The notes beneath the pieces are model-generated. The model did not search any database, was not told where the DNA came from, and saw nothing but the letters and a program-made list of their open reading frames with translations. Below, in pieces: positions 29,128-40,324 of a stretch of DNA of 64,000 nt (positions are counted from its first letter, which is position 1; each line of letters starts with the position of its first letter). Location: positions 272,134 through 336,133 of the forward strand of contig JAPPCR010000006.1 in NCBI GenBank assembly GCA_028875725.1, given 5' to 3'. This stretch comes from Acidobacteriota bacterium (GTDB lineage Bacteria; Acidobacteriota; Thermoanaerobaculia; Multivoradales; Multivoraceae). Both the position numbers and the translations under genes were made by a program.

Positions 29128-30326
29128 CGGTCGACGCGCTCCAGGCGCCAGACTTCGTCCGACCGGGCGAGCGCCGCGGCCTCGTCGTCGAGTTCGCCGA
29201 CCAATTCGTCGAAGCGGACCATCTCGGGCGGGAAGGAGTGAACGCCGAAGGGCTCCTTGCGCCCGCCGTAGATGTAATAGCCGTTCACCGCGCGGTAGCG
29301 GTCGAAGAACAGCCGGCTCTTGTGCAGCACCACGCGGCGCAGGCCGTCGCCGGTCTCCATCAGGGCGGTGATGGCCGACGTCTCCTGGACTTCGAGTCCC
29401 TTCGCCCAGTCTCCGTCGCTGGCGGAGGCCAGGGTCTGGTCGCCGCGCCGCAGGGCGTAGTAGCCGGGCGCCAGGTCGCGGACGCTGATCCGGAGCCCGT
29501 CCGGTTGCGGGTTGGGCCCCGGTGGCAGGACCGGCGGGCGGATCTCCAGCCCCGCCCCGCCTTCGGCCGAGGCGACCACGGTGCCCGGCGCCGAAGCGCC
29601 GAGCGCGTCGAGCAGCACCCGGGAGACGTGCCAGTAGCCGGCCTCGTTCAGATGCAGACCGTTGACGGTCAACGGCGCGGGTGCGCCGGCGAAGGCGGCC
29701 GCGACGCCGTCGAAGATGTCGACGAAGGGCACGCCGTTCCCGGCCGCGACGGCCTCGGCCGCTTCGGCGTAGGCGCGCAGGTCGGTGTTGCGCCGTTCGA
29801 CCGCCTCCGGACCGAGCCCGCGACCGGAAGGCAGCGCCTGCTGCGGTATTGGCGAGACGAGGGCGATGCGCGCCGGCTCGGAGCCGTTGTAAAGCTGCTT
29901 CGAGACATGGCGGAGCAGCCTCCCGAGGTCGTTCCTGAAGGCCGGCAGGCCCTCGCTGCCGGCGAACGACTCGTTGGCGCCGTAGAACAGCAGGACGACG
30001 TCCGCGCCCTGCGCCTCGAGATGACGGTCGACCGCGCCGAAGTCCAGGGGTCGCGGCCGCAGGGCCGCTTCGTCGGCCGACCAGGCGAGGTTGCGTACCG
30101 ACAGCTCCAGGTCAGGGAATGCCGCCAGCAGCCCGCTCTCGAAGTAGCCGAAGAGCTGGAATCGCTCGGCGAACGTGTTGCCCACCAGGCAGATCCGGTC
30201 GCCGCGGCGAAGGTCAAGCGTGGCGGCGTCCGTCGCGGAGGCGCCGGTCGCGACCATTGCGAGCAGAAGGGCGGACAGTTTCTTCACGCGCGGTCGAGGA
30301 TCGTAACAGCCGGCAGTCGGCCGCAC
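29124..30326 (-). CDS. SGNH/GDSL hydrolase family protein
   Basis: It has an SGNH-like fold, a signal peptide and a 4-nt overlap with the downstream heme-protein gene. The start codon is non-ATG and uncertain; an alternative GTG is at 30287. Confidence 0.75.
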   Translation of the reverse strand: MRPTAGCYDPRPRVKKLSALLLAMVATGASATDAATLDLRRGDRICLVGNTFAERFQLFGYFESGLLAAFPDLELSVRNLAWSADEAALRPRPLDFGAVDRHLEAQGADVVLLFYGANESFAGSEGLPAFRNDLGRLLRHVSKQLYNGSEPARIALVSPIPQQALPSGRGLGPEAVERRNTDLRAYAEAAEAVAAGNGVPFVDIFDGVAAAFAGAPAPLTVNGLHLNEAGYWHVSRVLLDALGASAPGTVVASAEGGAGLEIRPPVLPPGPNPQPDGLRISVRDLAPGYYALRRGDQTLASASDGDWAKGLEVQETSAITALMETGDGLRRVVLHKSRLFFDRYRAVNGYYIYGGRKEPFGVHSFPPEMVRFDELVGELDDEAAALARSDEVWRLERVDR

Positions 30327-30361
30327 CCGTCCACTGCGCTTCGATAGGGTTGCCGCTTCCG

Positions 30362-32137
30362 ATGAGCAGAATGCGACTGGAGTGGATGGCCTCCGCGTTG
30401 CCGATGCTGATGGCGCTGGCCGCGCTGGCCGCCTGCGCGCCGGCTCCGGACGCTCGCGACGAGCTCTACGCGCTGTTCGACGAGGACTGGGCGGCCAGGC
30501 TCGTCGAGAGCCCGCAGTTCGCGACGAGCGTCGGCGATCACAGCCGGAACGACGAACTGGCGGACATGAGCCTCGAGGCGATCGAGCGCCGGGTGGAACG
30601 GCGCCGCGAGCTGCTGCGGCGTCTCGAGGAAATCGATGTCTCCGGGCTCACGGCGGCGGACCGGATCAACGCGCGGATGTTCGAGCGCCAGCTTCGGAGC
30701 AGCGTGCAGGGCTTCGAGTTCGGCGGCTACGAGATGCCGCTCAACGCGGATTCCGGCTTCCACATGGGGTTCGCCCGCATGCATCGCCCGATGCCGTTCC
30801 GGACCGCGGACCACTACGAGGACTACATCGCCAGGATGCTGGCGATCCCGGCCTACTTCGAGCAGCAGCAGGGCCACATGCGCGCGGGGATCGAGCGCGG
30901 CTTCACCCTGCCGCGGGTGACGCTAGAGGGCTACGAGGACACGATCTCGGCTCACATCGTCGACGACCCGCAGGACAGCGCCTTCTGGGCGCCTTTCGAG
31001 GAAGTGCCGGCGACCGTGGGAGAGATGGACCGCGAGCGGATCCTGACCGATGCCGAGGCCGCGATAACCGACGCGGTCGTGCCGGCCTACCAGGGTTTCC
31101 ACGACTTCTTCGTCGGCGAGTACCTGCCCGGGGCCCGAAAGACCATCGGCGCATCCGACCTGCCGAACGGCGAGGCCTACTACGCGGACCAGGTGCGCTG
31201 GTTCACCACCCTCGACGTCACGCCCCAGGAGGTGCACGAGATCGGCCTCAGCGAAGTCGCGCGGATCCGGGCCGAGATGGCGGACGTGATCCGCGAGATC
31301 GGCTTCGAGGGCTCCTACGCCGAGTTCCTCGACTTCCTGCGCACCGATCCGCGCTTCTACCCGAAGACCGCGCAGGAACTGCTGGAACGCGCCGCCTGGA
31401 TCGCCAAGACGATGGACGGCAAGCTGCCGTCGCTGTTCGCCACCTTGCCGCGGGTCCCCTACACGGTCGAGCCGGTCCCGGACCACATGGCGCCGAAGTA
31501 CACCGCCGGCCGCTACGTGTCCGCTCCGTACAACAGCATCCAGCCCGGCATCTACTGGGTCAACACGTACAACCTCCCGAGCCGGCCCCTCTACGCGCTC
31601 GAAGCGCTCACCCTGCACGAGGCGGTGCCGGGGCATCACCTCCAGACCGCGCTCGCGGCCGAGATGGACGCGGTCCCCGAGTTCCGTCGCCACGACTATC
31701 TCTCCGCTTTCGGTGAGGGGTGGGGGCTTTACGCCGAGTACCTCGGGCTCGAAGCGGGCATCTACGAGGATCCGTACAGCAACTTCGGCCGCCTGACCTA
31801 CGAGATCTGGCGGGCCTGCCGGCTAGTCGTCGACACCGGAGTACACGCTCTGGGCTGGACGCGCCAGCAGATGCTCGACTACCTGGCCGAGAACACGGCG
31901 CTTTCGTTGCACGAGGTCACGACCGAGACGGACCGCTACATCAGTTGGCCGGGCCAGGCCCTTGCCTACAAGATCGGCGAACTGAAGATCCGCGAGTTGC
32001 GGGCAAGGGCCGAGGAGGCGCTCGGCGCGGACTTCGACGTCCGCCACTTCCACGATGCGGTGCTCGCCAATGGCTCCGTACCGCTCGACATCCTGGAAGA
32101 GCTGATCTCCGACTGGATCGAAGAACAGCAGCCGTAA
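30362..32137 (+). CDS. DUF885 family protein (probable lipoprotein)
   Basis: It has DUF885 characteristic conservation and a lipobox-containing signal peptide (LAACAP). Confidence 0.8.
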   Translation: MSRMRLEWMASALPMLMALAALAACAPAPDARDELYALFDEDWAARLVESPQFATSVGDHSRNDELADMSLEAIERRVERRRELLRRLEEIDVSGLTAADRINARMFERQLRSSVQGFEFGGYEMPLNADSGFHMGFARMHRPMPFRTADHYEDYIARMLAIPAYFEQQQGHMRAGIERGFTLPRVTLEGYEDTISAHIVDDPQDSAFWAPFEEVPATVGEMDRERILTDAEAAITDAVVPAYQGFHDFFVGEYLPGARKTIGASDLPNGEAYYADQVRWFTTLDVTPQEVHEIGLSEVARIRAEMADVIREIGFEGSYAEFLDFLRTDPRFYPKTAQELLERAAWIAKTMDGKLPSLFATLPRVPYTVEPVPDHMAPKYTAGRYVSAPYNSIQPGIYWVNTYNLPSRPLYALEALTLHEAVPGHHLQTALAAEMDAVPEFRRHDYLSAFGEGWGLYAEYLGLEAGIYEDPYSNFGRLTYEIWRACRLVVDTGVHALGWTRQQMLDYLAENTALSLHEVTTETDRYISWPGQALAYKIGELKIRELRARAEEALGADFDVRHFHDAVLANGSVPLDILEELISDWIEEQQP

Positions 32138-32216
32138 GGACCGCATGATGTTGGAAGACATGAGCCGGGCCTGGATCGAAGAGCAGCGTCAGTAACGGAC
32201 CGCGCGGACTGCGAGG

Positions 32217-32720
32217 GTGATCGACTTTCTGATCTGGCTTGAGGAAACACGCCCGTCCACGTGGATGCGGGAGTCGGGTGGGGCGTTCTTCTCGAGCCTC
32301 GTCTTCCATTCGATCGGGATGGCCTTCGTGGCCGGTATCCACGTGGTGACGGACCTTCGCATCCTGGGCGTCGCTCCGGGCGTGCCCCGGTCGCTCATGC
32401 GGCGATACCTGCCGGTGCTGTGGGCGAGCCTCGTGGTGGTCACGTTGTCGGGACTCGCGCTGCTCCTGGCGTACCCGGCCAAGGCGCTGACCAACCCCGT
32501 CTTCTACTTCAAGCTGGCGGCGATCGTCGCGGCTCTCTGGATCATGAGAGCGCTGATGCGCGGCGTGCTGGGGGACTCACGCCACGACCCCGTCCCGGCG
32601 CCCAGGAGGGAGAGAGTGCTGGCGGCGGTGTCCCTCGTGCTCTGGGTTGCCGTCATCACTTCCGGTCGCTTCCTCGCCTACACCGCGAAGGTCATGTTGG
32701 CTTCGCACCTTCTGTACTGA
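32217..32720 (+). CDS. hypothetical polytopic membrane protein
   Basis: It has 4-5 predicted TM helices and is a tandem paralogue of the next gene. Confidence 0.6.
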   Translation: MIDFLIWLEETRPSTWMRESGGAFFSSLVFHSIGMAFVAGIHVVTDLRILGVAPGVPRSLMRRYLPVLWASLVVVTLSGLALLLAYPAKALTNPVFYFKLAAIVAALWIMRALMRGVLGDSRHDPVPAPRRERVLAAVSLVLWVAVITSGRFLAYTAKVMLASHLLY

Positions 32721-32739
32721 GACGAGGCCGACGGAAGCC

Positions 32740-33246
32740 ATGGAAGACCTGCTGTACTCGATCGGCCAGGAGAGCGGCATCTACAGCTTCATGCACACCT
32801 CCTGGGGCTGGCCGACTGTGGAATCTCTCCATTTCCTGGGCCTCTCCCTGCTGATCGGCTGCATTGGCCTCTGGGACCTCCGCCTGCTCGGGATCGCCCG
32901 GGGCGTGCCGATGGGCGCGCTGCACCGGCTCGTGCCCTGGGGCGTCGGCGGCTACGCCCTGAACCTATGCACCGGTTTCCTGTTCGTGGTCAGCGCTCCG
33001 AACCAGTATCTCTACAACCCGGCGTTCCAGATCAAGCTGTCGCTGATGGCGATCGCCGGCCTGAACATCCTCGTGTTCTACCGCTTCGCGTTCCGGCCGG
33101 TGCGGGCGGCCGCGGCGGGAGCGCCTGCACCGCCGGGCGCCCGGGCCGCGGCGGCGATCTCCCTGGCCTGCTGGATCGGCGTCATCGTCTGCGGCCGGCT
33201 GATCACCTACTTCCGGCCGCCCTACCACTGGTGCTTCTGGTGTTGA
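32740..33246 (+). CDS. hypothetical polytopic membrane protein (paralogue of the upstream gene)
   Basis: It shares the DLR(I/L)LG(V/I)A(P/R)GVP and NP(V/A)F motifs with the preceding ORF. Confidence 0.6.
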   Translation: MEDLLYSIGQESGIYSFMHTSWGWPTVESLHFLGLSLLIGCIGLWDLRLLGIARGVPMGALHRLVPWGVGGYALNLCTGFLFVVSAPNQYLYNPAFQIKLSLMAIAGLNILVFYRFAFRPVRAAAAGAPAPPGARAAAAISLACWIGVIVCGRLITYFRPPYHWCFWC

Positions 33247-34035
33247 CTACGACCCGGGCGGGTCGTCTTCGTCAATGAAGCGGAACGGCGGTCGATCCGC
33301 GGGGTCGCCTTCCTCGACGGGCGCCCGCGCTTCCGGTTGGCCCGGCACTTCGGGGGTCGTCGGGCTGACGGGGCGGGCGAGCTCGGCTTCGACCTGCTCG
33401 ATCAGCTCTTCCGCGGATTGCTGTTGATCGAGCCCTGCCGCGGCGAGTTCCGCGTCGATCAGGGCAAGCAGTTCGTCCGTCGTCAGGTCGTCGAGGTTCT
33501 GCAGTTCGCTGCCGGTCGGAGCCGGCGACACGGGAGAGATCGCCACCGCCGGCTGTCCGGCTGGCGCGGCCTCGACGGCGACGTCGACGACCGGCGCGGC
33601 GGCAGCGCGAGGCGCCGATGGTGATCCGGGATCCGGCGACTCCCCGATCAGGACGCCGGTCGCGGATGGCGGCAGGGTGCCGGAGCCGAGACCGACCTCG
33701 ACGAGTCCTTCCGACTGGCGTACCTGGTAGGACGGCAGGGCCGCTCGCAGGTCCACGACCACGCGAAGGAAATCGGCATGCTCGCCGGTACGCACTTCGA
33801 AGGCCGGGCTGCCCTGTGGCGGTTGCGGCATCTCGGCGGCCGACTGGTCGACTCCGAAGATGTCGATCACGACGCGCGGCGGGCTTGACAGGGGGAAATG
33901 CCGAACGGCCTGTGGATTCCGGGAGACGTCCAGCCGCAGGACATCGCCGTCCAGCCGGGCCGACGTGAGCCGGTTCGGCTGGGCCGTGACGGCCGAACTC
34001 AGGAGCGCCGAGGCAAGGAGGATGAGAACTCTCAT
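33247..34035 (-). CDS. AMIN domain-containing secreted protein
   Basis: It has a signal peptide and an AMIN-like N-terminal domain (PRVVIDI), followed by a Pro/Ala-rich low-complexity region. Confidence 0.6.
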   Translation of the reverse strand: MRVLILLASALLSSAVTAQPNRLTSARLDGDVLRLDVSRNPQAVRHFPLSSPPRVVIDIFGVDQSAAEMPQPPQGSPAFEVRTGEHADFLRVVVDLRAALPSYQVRQSEGLVEVGLGSGTLPPSATGVLIGESPDPGSPSAPRAAAAPVVDVAVEAAPAGQPAVAISPVSPAPTGSELQNLDDLTTDELLALIDAELAAAGLDQQQSAEELIEQVEAELARPVSPTTPEVPGQPEARAPVEEGDPADRPPFRFIDEDDPPGS

Positions 34036-34107
34036 GATGGGTAAGTATCGGGGGGCACTCTAGCACCTGCCCGCTCCGGATCCGTGCGATAGCGTGCGCG
34101 TTAGCCA

Positions 34108-36149
<2,042 letters not shown>

Positions 36150-36177
<28 letters not shown>

Positions 36178-36878
36178 ACCGACCCTTCGGGAGGCCTGCG
36201 GCCGTCGCCGCGGCGGTGGTGGCCGCGCTGGCGTTCGGGTTCGCCCCGGCGGCGGCTCAGACCGCCGCCGACCCGGGTGTTTACAAGGGCCGGAAGATCG
36301 CCGACGTGATGTCCTTCCGGGGCGCCGGCTGGCTGGAGCGCGCCTCGCGCATCCAGGAGGAGAACCCCGACGCGCTGATGGCCGCTCTGCCGATCGAGGA
36401 AGGGATGCTGGTCGTCGACATCGGTTGCGGCTCGGGCTACTACGCCCGCCGCATGGCCGCGGTGGTCGGCCCGGAAGGCAGCGTGCTGTGCAACGACATC
36501 CAGCCCCAGATGCTGCGCATCGCGGAGGAACTTGCCCGGCGCGAGGGCGTCACGAACATCTCGTCGGTGCTTGGCACGGAGGACGATCCGAAGTTGCCCG
36601 AGGGCGAGGTCGACCTGATGCTGCTGGTCGACGTGTACCACGAGTTCTCGAAGCCCGAGGCGATGCTCGAGGCGATGCGGGAGGCGCTTTCGCCCGACGG
36701 TGTGATCGCTCTGGCGGAGTTCCGGCTGGAGGGCCGCACGGCGGCCCACATCAAGCTCGACCACCGGATGTCGATCGACCAGGTGATGAAGGAGTGGATC
36801 CCGGCGGGCTACGAACTCGTCGAACGGATCGATTCGCTGCCGACCCAGCACCTGTTCCTGTTCCGCACCGCCCGGTAG
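36150..36878 (+). CDS. class I SAM-dependent methyltransferase with N-terminal signal-peptide-like segment
   Basis: The VVDIGCGSGYY motif I is present. A GAGGAGG RBS lies 8 nt upstream of the ATG at 36150. It overlaps the peptidase 3' end by 28 nt. Confidence 0.8.
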
Positions 36879-36902
36879 AGTCGCCAGACGGGTCGCAGGC
36901 TT

Positions 36903-38507
36903 CTACCGGGTCGTCGGCATCGCCGCCGACACGGACTCGCGCCAGGCGTGGAGCCGGTCACGCAGTTCAGCGGCCTTCGCGGACTGCTCGGCGGCGAGAT
37001 CGTGCTGCTCGCCCAGGTCGTTCTCCAGGTCGAAGAGCTGCACCGTGCCGTTCTCGAAGTACTCGAGCAGCTTGTAGGTGCCATCGCGGACAGCGCCGCC
37101 TGGGCTCTGCATCCCGTGATTGCTGTAGTGGGGGAAGTGCCAGTAGATCGCTCCGCGCTCGAAGTCTTCGCCCCTGACCGCCGCGGCGAAGCTCGTGCCG
37201 TCTAGGTGTTGCTCGGGCCTGGCGGGAAGGCCGGCCATCTCCAGCAGCGTGGGATAGAAGTCGGGGCTGATGACCGGCTCGTCGCGAACCGCGCCGGCTT
37301 GCCCCGCGCCCGGCCAGCGGACGATGAGCGGCACCCGGATCCCGCCCTCGTACAGCCAGCCCTTGGCGCCGCGCAACGGCAGGTTCGACGTGGAGTAGGC
37401 GACGTCCAGCAGGTCGGGGGGTATCTTCCTCGCGGGATTGCCGAGATTGGCCGCCGCCATTCCTCCGTTGTCCGAGTAGAAGACGACGATCGTGTTCTCG
37501 GTCAGTCCCAACCGATCGAGGGTGCTTTGCACGCGCCCGAGGCTGTCGTCGATGGCGGTGACCATCGCCGCGAACTCGACGTTGTCCTGGTGCTGCCTGA
37601 TCTTGACGGTGTTCTGGGGCAGTACGCGGTGCTCTTGATGCGATGGCTGCTCCAGTAACGCGTTCAGTTGCGCGCGCGAAAGTGGCTCGGGATCGTCGGG
37701 GTTGCCTTCCAGGAGAAAGGCCGGCCCGGCGGGCGGCTCCGTTCGCGCCGCCTTCTCGCGGTACTTCAGGACGAGATCCGGGCGTCCCTCGATCGGGTCG
37801 TGCACGGCGAAGTGTGACAGGTAGAGGAAGAAGGGGCGGTCCTGGCTCTGCTCGATGAACTCGACGGCGAAGTCGGTCAGGCGATCGGTGAGGTACTCGT
37901 CTTCCTCGCCTTCGACGACCAGGCCGGCCATCAGGTACGGCGGGAAGTAGCCGCCTCGAGGGGTCGAGCCGGGGAAGTCGGGCGCCTGCACGTCGAAGCC
38001 CTGGTGGAGAGGCCCCGCCTCGTCGCCGCCGAGGTGCCACTTGCCGAAGATCGCCGTGCGGTAGCCGTGGTCCTGGAGCGCTTCGGCGAGCGTCACTTCC
38101 TCCAGCGGCAGGGCCGCGAGCTTCTCGGCGCTCAGCAGCCGTTCGAAGGCGTGCTCCCTTCGGCCCGGCAACCAGTCCGTCAGGCGCAGCCTTGCCGGGT
38201 ACTTGCCCGTCATCAGTGAGGCCCGAGTAGGCGAACAGACGTGCGTCGCCGCGTACGCGTCGGTGAAGCGCACGCCCCGCTCGGCGAGTGCGTCGATGTG
38301 GGGCGTCTCGTAGAACGTGCTGCCGAAGACGCCGACATCGCGCCATCCCATGTCGTCGACCAGGAAGAAGACGATGTTTGGCGATCGCTCGGCGGCCGCG
38401 TCGACAGCGGGCGAGGACGCCGGCGCATCCGGTTCCGCGGCGCAGGCTCCCAGGACGAGAGGCACGCCGAGCGCGACGAGGCAAGCTGGGAACAGGTCGC
38501 GTTTCAT
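36903..38507 (-). CDS. sulfatase (secreted lipoprotein)
   Basis: SPNIVFFLVDDMGWRD...CSPTRASLMTG is the sulfatase formylglycine motif region. A lipobox (LGAC) is present. Confidence 0.9.
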   Translation of the reverse strand: MKRDLFPACLVALGVPLVLGACAAEPDAPASSPAVDAAAERSPNIVFFLVDDMGWRDVGVFGSTFYETPHIDALAERGVRFTDAYAATHVCSPTRASLMTGKYPARLRLTDWLPGRREHAFERLLSAEKLAALPLEEVTLAEALQDHGYRTAIFGKWHLGGDEAGPLHQGFDVQAPDFPGSTPRGGYFPPYLMAGLVVEGEEDEYLTDRLTDFAVEFIEQSQDRPFFLYLSHFAVHDPIEGRPDLVLKYREKAARTEPPAGPAFLLEGNPDDPEPLSRAQLNALLEQPSHQEHRVLPQNTVKIRQHQDNVEFAAMVTAIDDSLGRVQSTLDRLGLTENTIVVFYSDNGGMAAANLGNPARKIPPDLLDVAYSTSNLPLRGAKGWLYEGGIRVPLIVRWPGAGQAGAVRDEPVISPDFYPTLLEMAGLPARPEQHLDGTSFAAAVRGEDFERGAIYWHFPHYSNHGMQSPGGAVRDGTYKLLEYFENGTVQLFDLENDLGEQHDLAAEQSAKAAELRDRLHAWRESVSAAMPTTR

Positions 38508-39484
38508 CGGTTCAGAACCTGCGCGCAGTGGCGTGCGAAGTAGGTCAGGATCATGTCGGCGCCGGCGCGGCGAATCGAGGTCAGGGTCTCCAGCATCAGG
38601 GCGTCGCCATCCATCCAGCCGTTCGCGGCGACCGCCTGGATCATCGCGTACTCGCCGCTGACCTGGTAGGCGGCGACCGGAAGGTCGACCGCCTCACGGA
38701 CCGCACGGATCACGTCGAGGTAGGCGAGGGCGGGCTTGACCATGATCACGTCGGCCCCTTCCTCGACGTCGAGCCGGGCTTCGCGCACGGCCTCGCGGAC
38801 GTTCGCCGGGTCCATCTGGTACGTCTTCTTGTCGCCGGCGCGCGGCGCCGAGTCCAGGGCGTCGCGGAACGGCCCGTAGAAGCTCGAGGCGTACTTCGAG
38901 GTGTAGCTCAGGATCCCGACCTGGTCGTGGCCGGCGCCGTCGAGGGCGGTGCGGATGGCTCCCACCCGGCCGTCCATCATGTCCGAGGGGGCGATGACGT
39001 CGGCGCCGGCGTCCGCCTGGGATACGGCGGTCGCGGCGAGGATCTCGAGCGTCGGGTCGTTCACGATCTCGCCGTCCTCGACCAGGCCGTCATGGCCGTC
39101 GCTGGAGTACGGATCCATCGCGACGTCGGTGATGACGAGCAGCTCCGGCAGCGCCGACTTGAGTTCACGCACGGCGCGCTGGACCAGCCCGTCCGGGTCC
39201 AGGGCGCCGCTGGCGGTGCGGTCCTTCAGTTCGTCGTCCACGGCCGGGAACAGCGCTACGGCCGGCACGCCGAGCGCGTGCGCGGCACGGCTCTCTGCGA
39301 CCAGACGGTCGATCGTCAGCCGCGCCTGCCCCGGCATCGAGTCGATCGGGACGGCCGCGTCCCGGCCCTCCATGACGAAGAGAGGATAGATCAGCCGGTC
39401 CGGGCCGAGGTTCGTTTCGCGGACCAGGGAGCGGATGGCTGCGGAGCGCCGGTTGCGGCGGGGACGGATGGGCAACTGGCGCAT
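38504..39484 (-). CDS. hemB: porphobilinogen synthase (delta-aminolevulinic acid dehydratase)
   Basis: The RPRRNR...LIYPLFV and IMVKPA motifs are present and the length is correct for hemB. Its stop overlaps the sulfatase start (ATGA). Confidence 0.9.
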   Translation of the reverse strand: MRQLPIRPRRNRRSAAIRSLVRETNLGPDRLIYPLFVMEGRDAAVPIDSMPGQARLTIDRLVAESRAAHALGVPAVALFPAVDDELKDRTASGALDPDGLVQRAVRELKSALPELLVITDVAMDPYSSDGHDGLVEDGEIVNDPTLEILAATAVSQADAGADVIAPSDMMDGRVGAIRTALDGAGHDQVGILSYTSKYASSFYGPFRDALDSAPRAGDKKTYQMDPANVREAVREARLDVEEGADVIMVKPALAYLDVIRAVREAVDLPVAAYQVSGEYAMIQAVAANGWMDGDALMLETLTSIRRAGADMILTYFARHCAQVLNR

Positions 39485-39583
39485 GGCCGGGGATTCTACG
39501 CGCATGGAGCCGGCCGCGACCGCGTGCGCCGGCGCGCTCTTCGACGCCGCCGGTTCCATGGGACCGGACCTATACTTGCCGCC

Positions 39584-40315
39584 ATGGCGCTCAGGGAGAT
39601 ATGCCGGGATCTCTGGATCGCCGACCACGACCAGAAGATCCCCATGGGCTTCACGGTGCCCGCCCGCATGACGGTTGTTCGCCTGGGCGACGGAGAGCTG
39701 TGGTTGTACTCGCCGGGGCCGATCGACGACCGGATGGCGGAGGAGCTTCAGAGCCTCGGCCCGGTTCGATACCTGGTCGCGCCGAACCGCTTCCACCACC
39801 TTCATCTGCCCGCGGCCACGGCGCGCTTTCCGGAGGCTGATGTTCTTGGCGCTCCCGGTTTGGCGGAGAAGCGCAAGGACATTGCGTTTACGGGAACGTT
39901 GGGCGTTGCCTCCGCGTGGGGCACGGAGTTGCAGCCGATTCCCATCGACGGCATGCCCTCCTTCAACGAGGTCGCCTTCTGCCACCGCACGAGCGGGACA
40001 CTGCTCGTGGCCGACCTGCTGTTCAACCTGCAGCAGGACCTGGGCTGGCTTGCGTCCCTCTACTTTCGGCTCACCGGCGTAAGCCGTCGGGTCGCGATGA
40101 GCCGGATGTTCCGGCTCTCCATCCGCGACCGCGCGGCCTGCGCGGCGAGCTGCCTGCGCCTGTTGCAGTGCCCGTTCGACCGTCTGATTCCGTGCCACGG
40201 CGATGTGGTGGAGGAAGGGGCGAAGCCTCAGGTCGAGGCGGCGCTTGGTTGGATCTTCAAGGAACTCGAGACGCCTCCCGAGCCGACGCCGGCCGGGGCG
40301 GTGCCCGAAGTCTGA
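39584..40315 (+). CDS. DUF4336 domain-containing protein (metallo-beta-lactamase-like fold)
   Basis: It is the C-terminal part of a long artefactual ORF. It starts at an in-frame ATG, divergent from hemB, and the assignment is by family resemblance. Confidence 0.65.
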   Translation: MALREICRDLWIADHDQKIPMGFTVPARMTVVRLGDGELWLYSPGPIDDRMAEELQSLGPVRYLVAPNRFHHLHLPAATARFPEADVLGAPGLAEKRKDIAFTGTLGVASAWGTELQPIPIDGMPSFNEVAFCHRTSGTLLVADLLFNLQQDLGWLASLYFRLTGVSRRVAMSRMFRLSIRDRAACAASCLRLLQCPFDRLIPCHGDVVEEGAKPQVEAALGWIFKELETPPEPTPAGAVPEV

Positions 40316-40324
40316 GCCCTCGCG

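Noticed and set aside
38288-39583. N-terminal 430 aa of the 675-aa plus-strand ORF
   Set aside because: It is antisense to hemB. Only the C-terminal 243 aa (39584-40315, DUF4336-like) were called.
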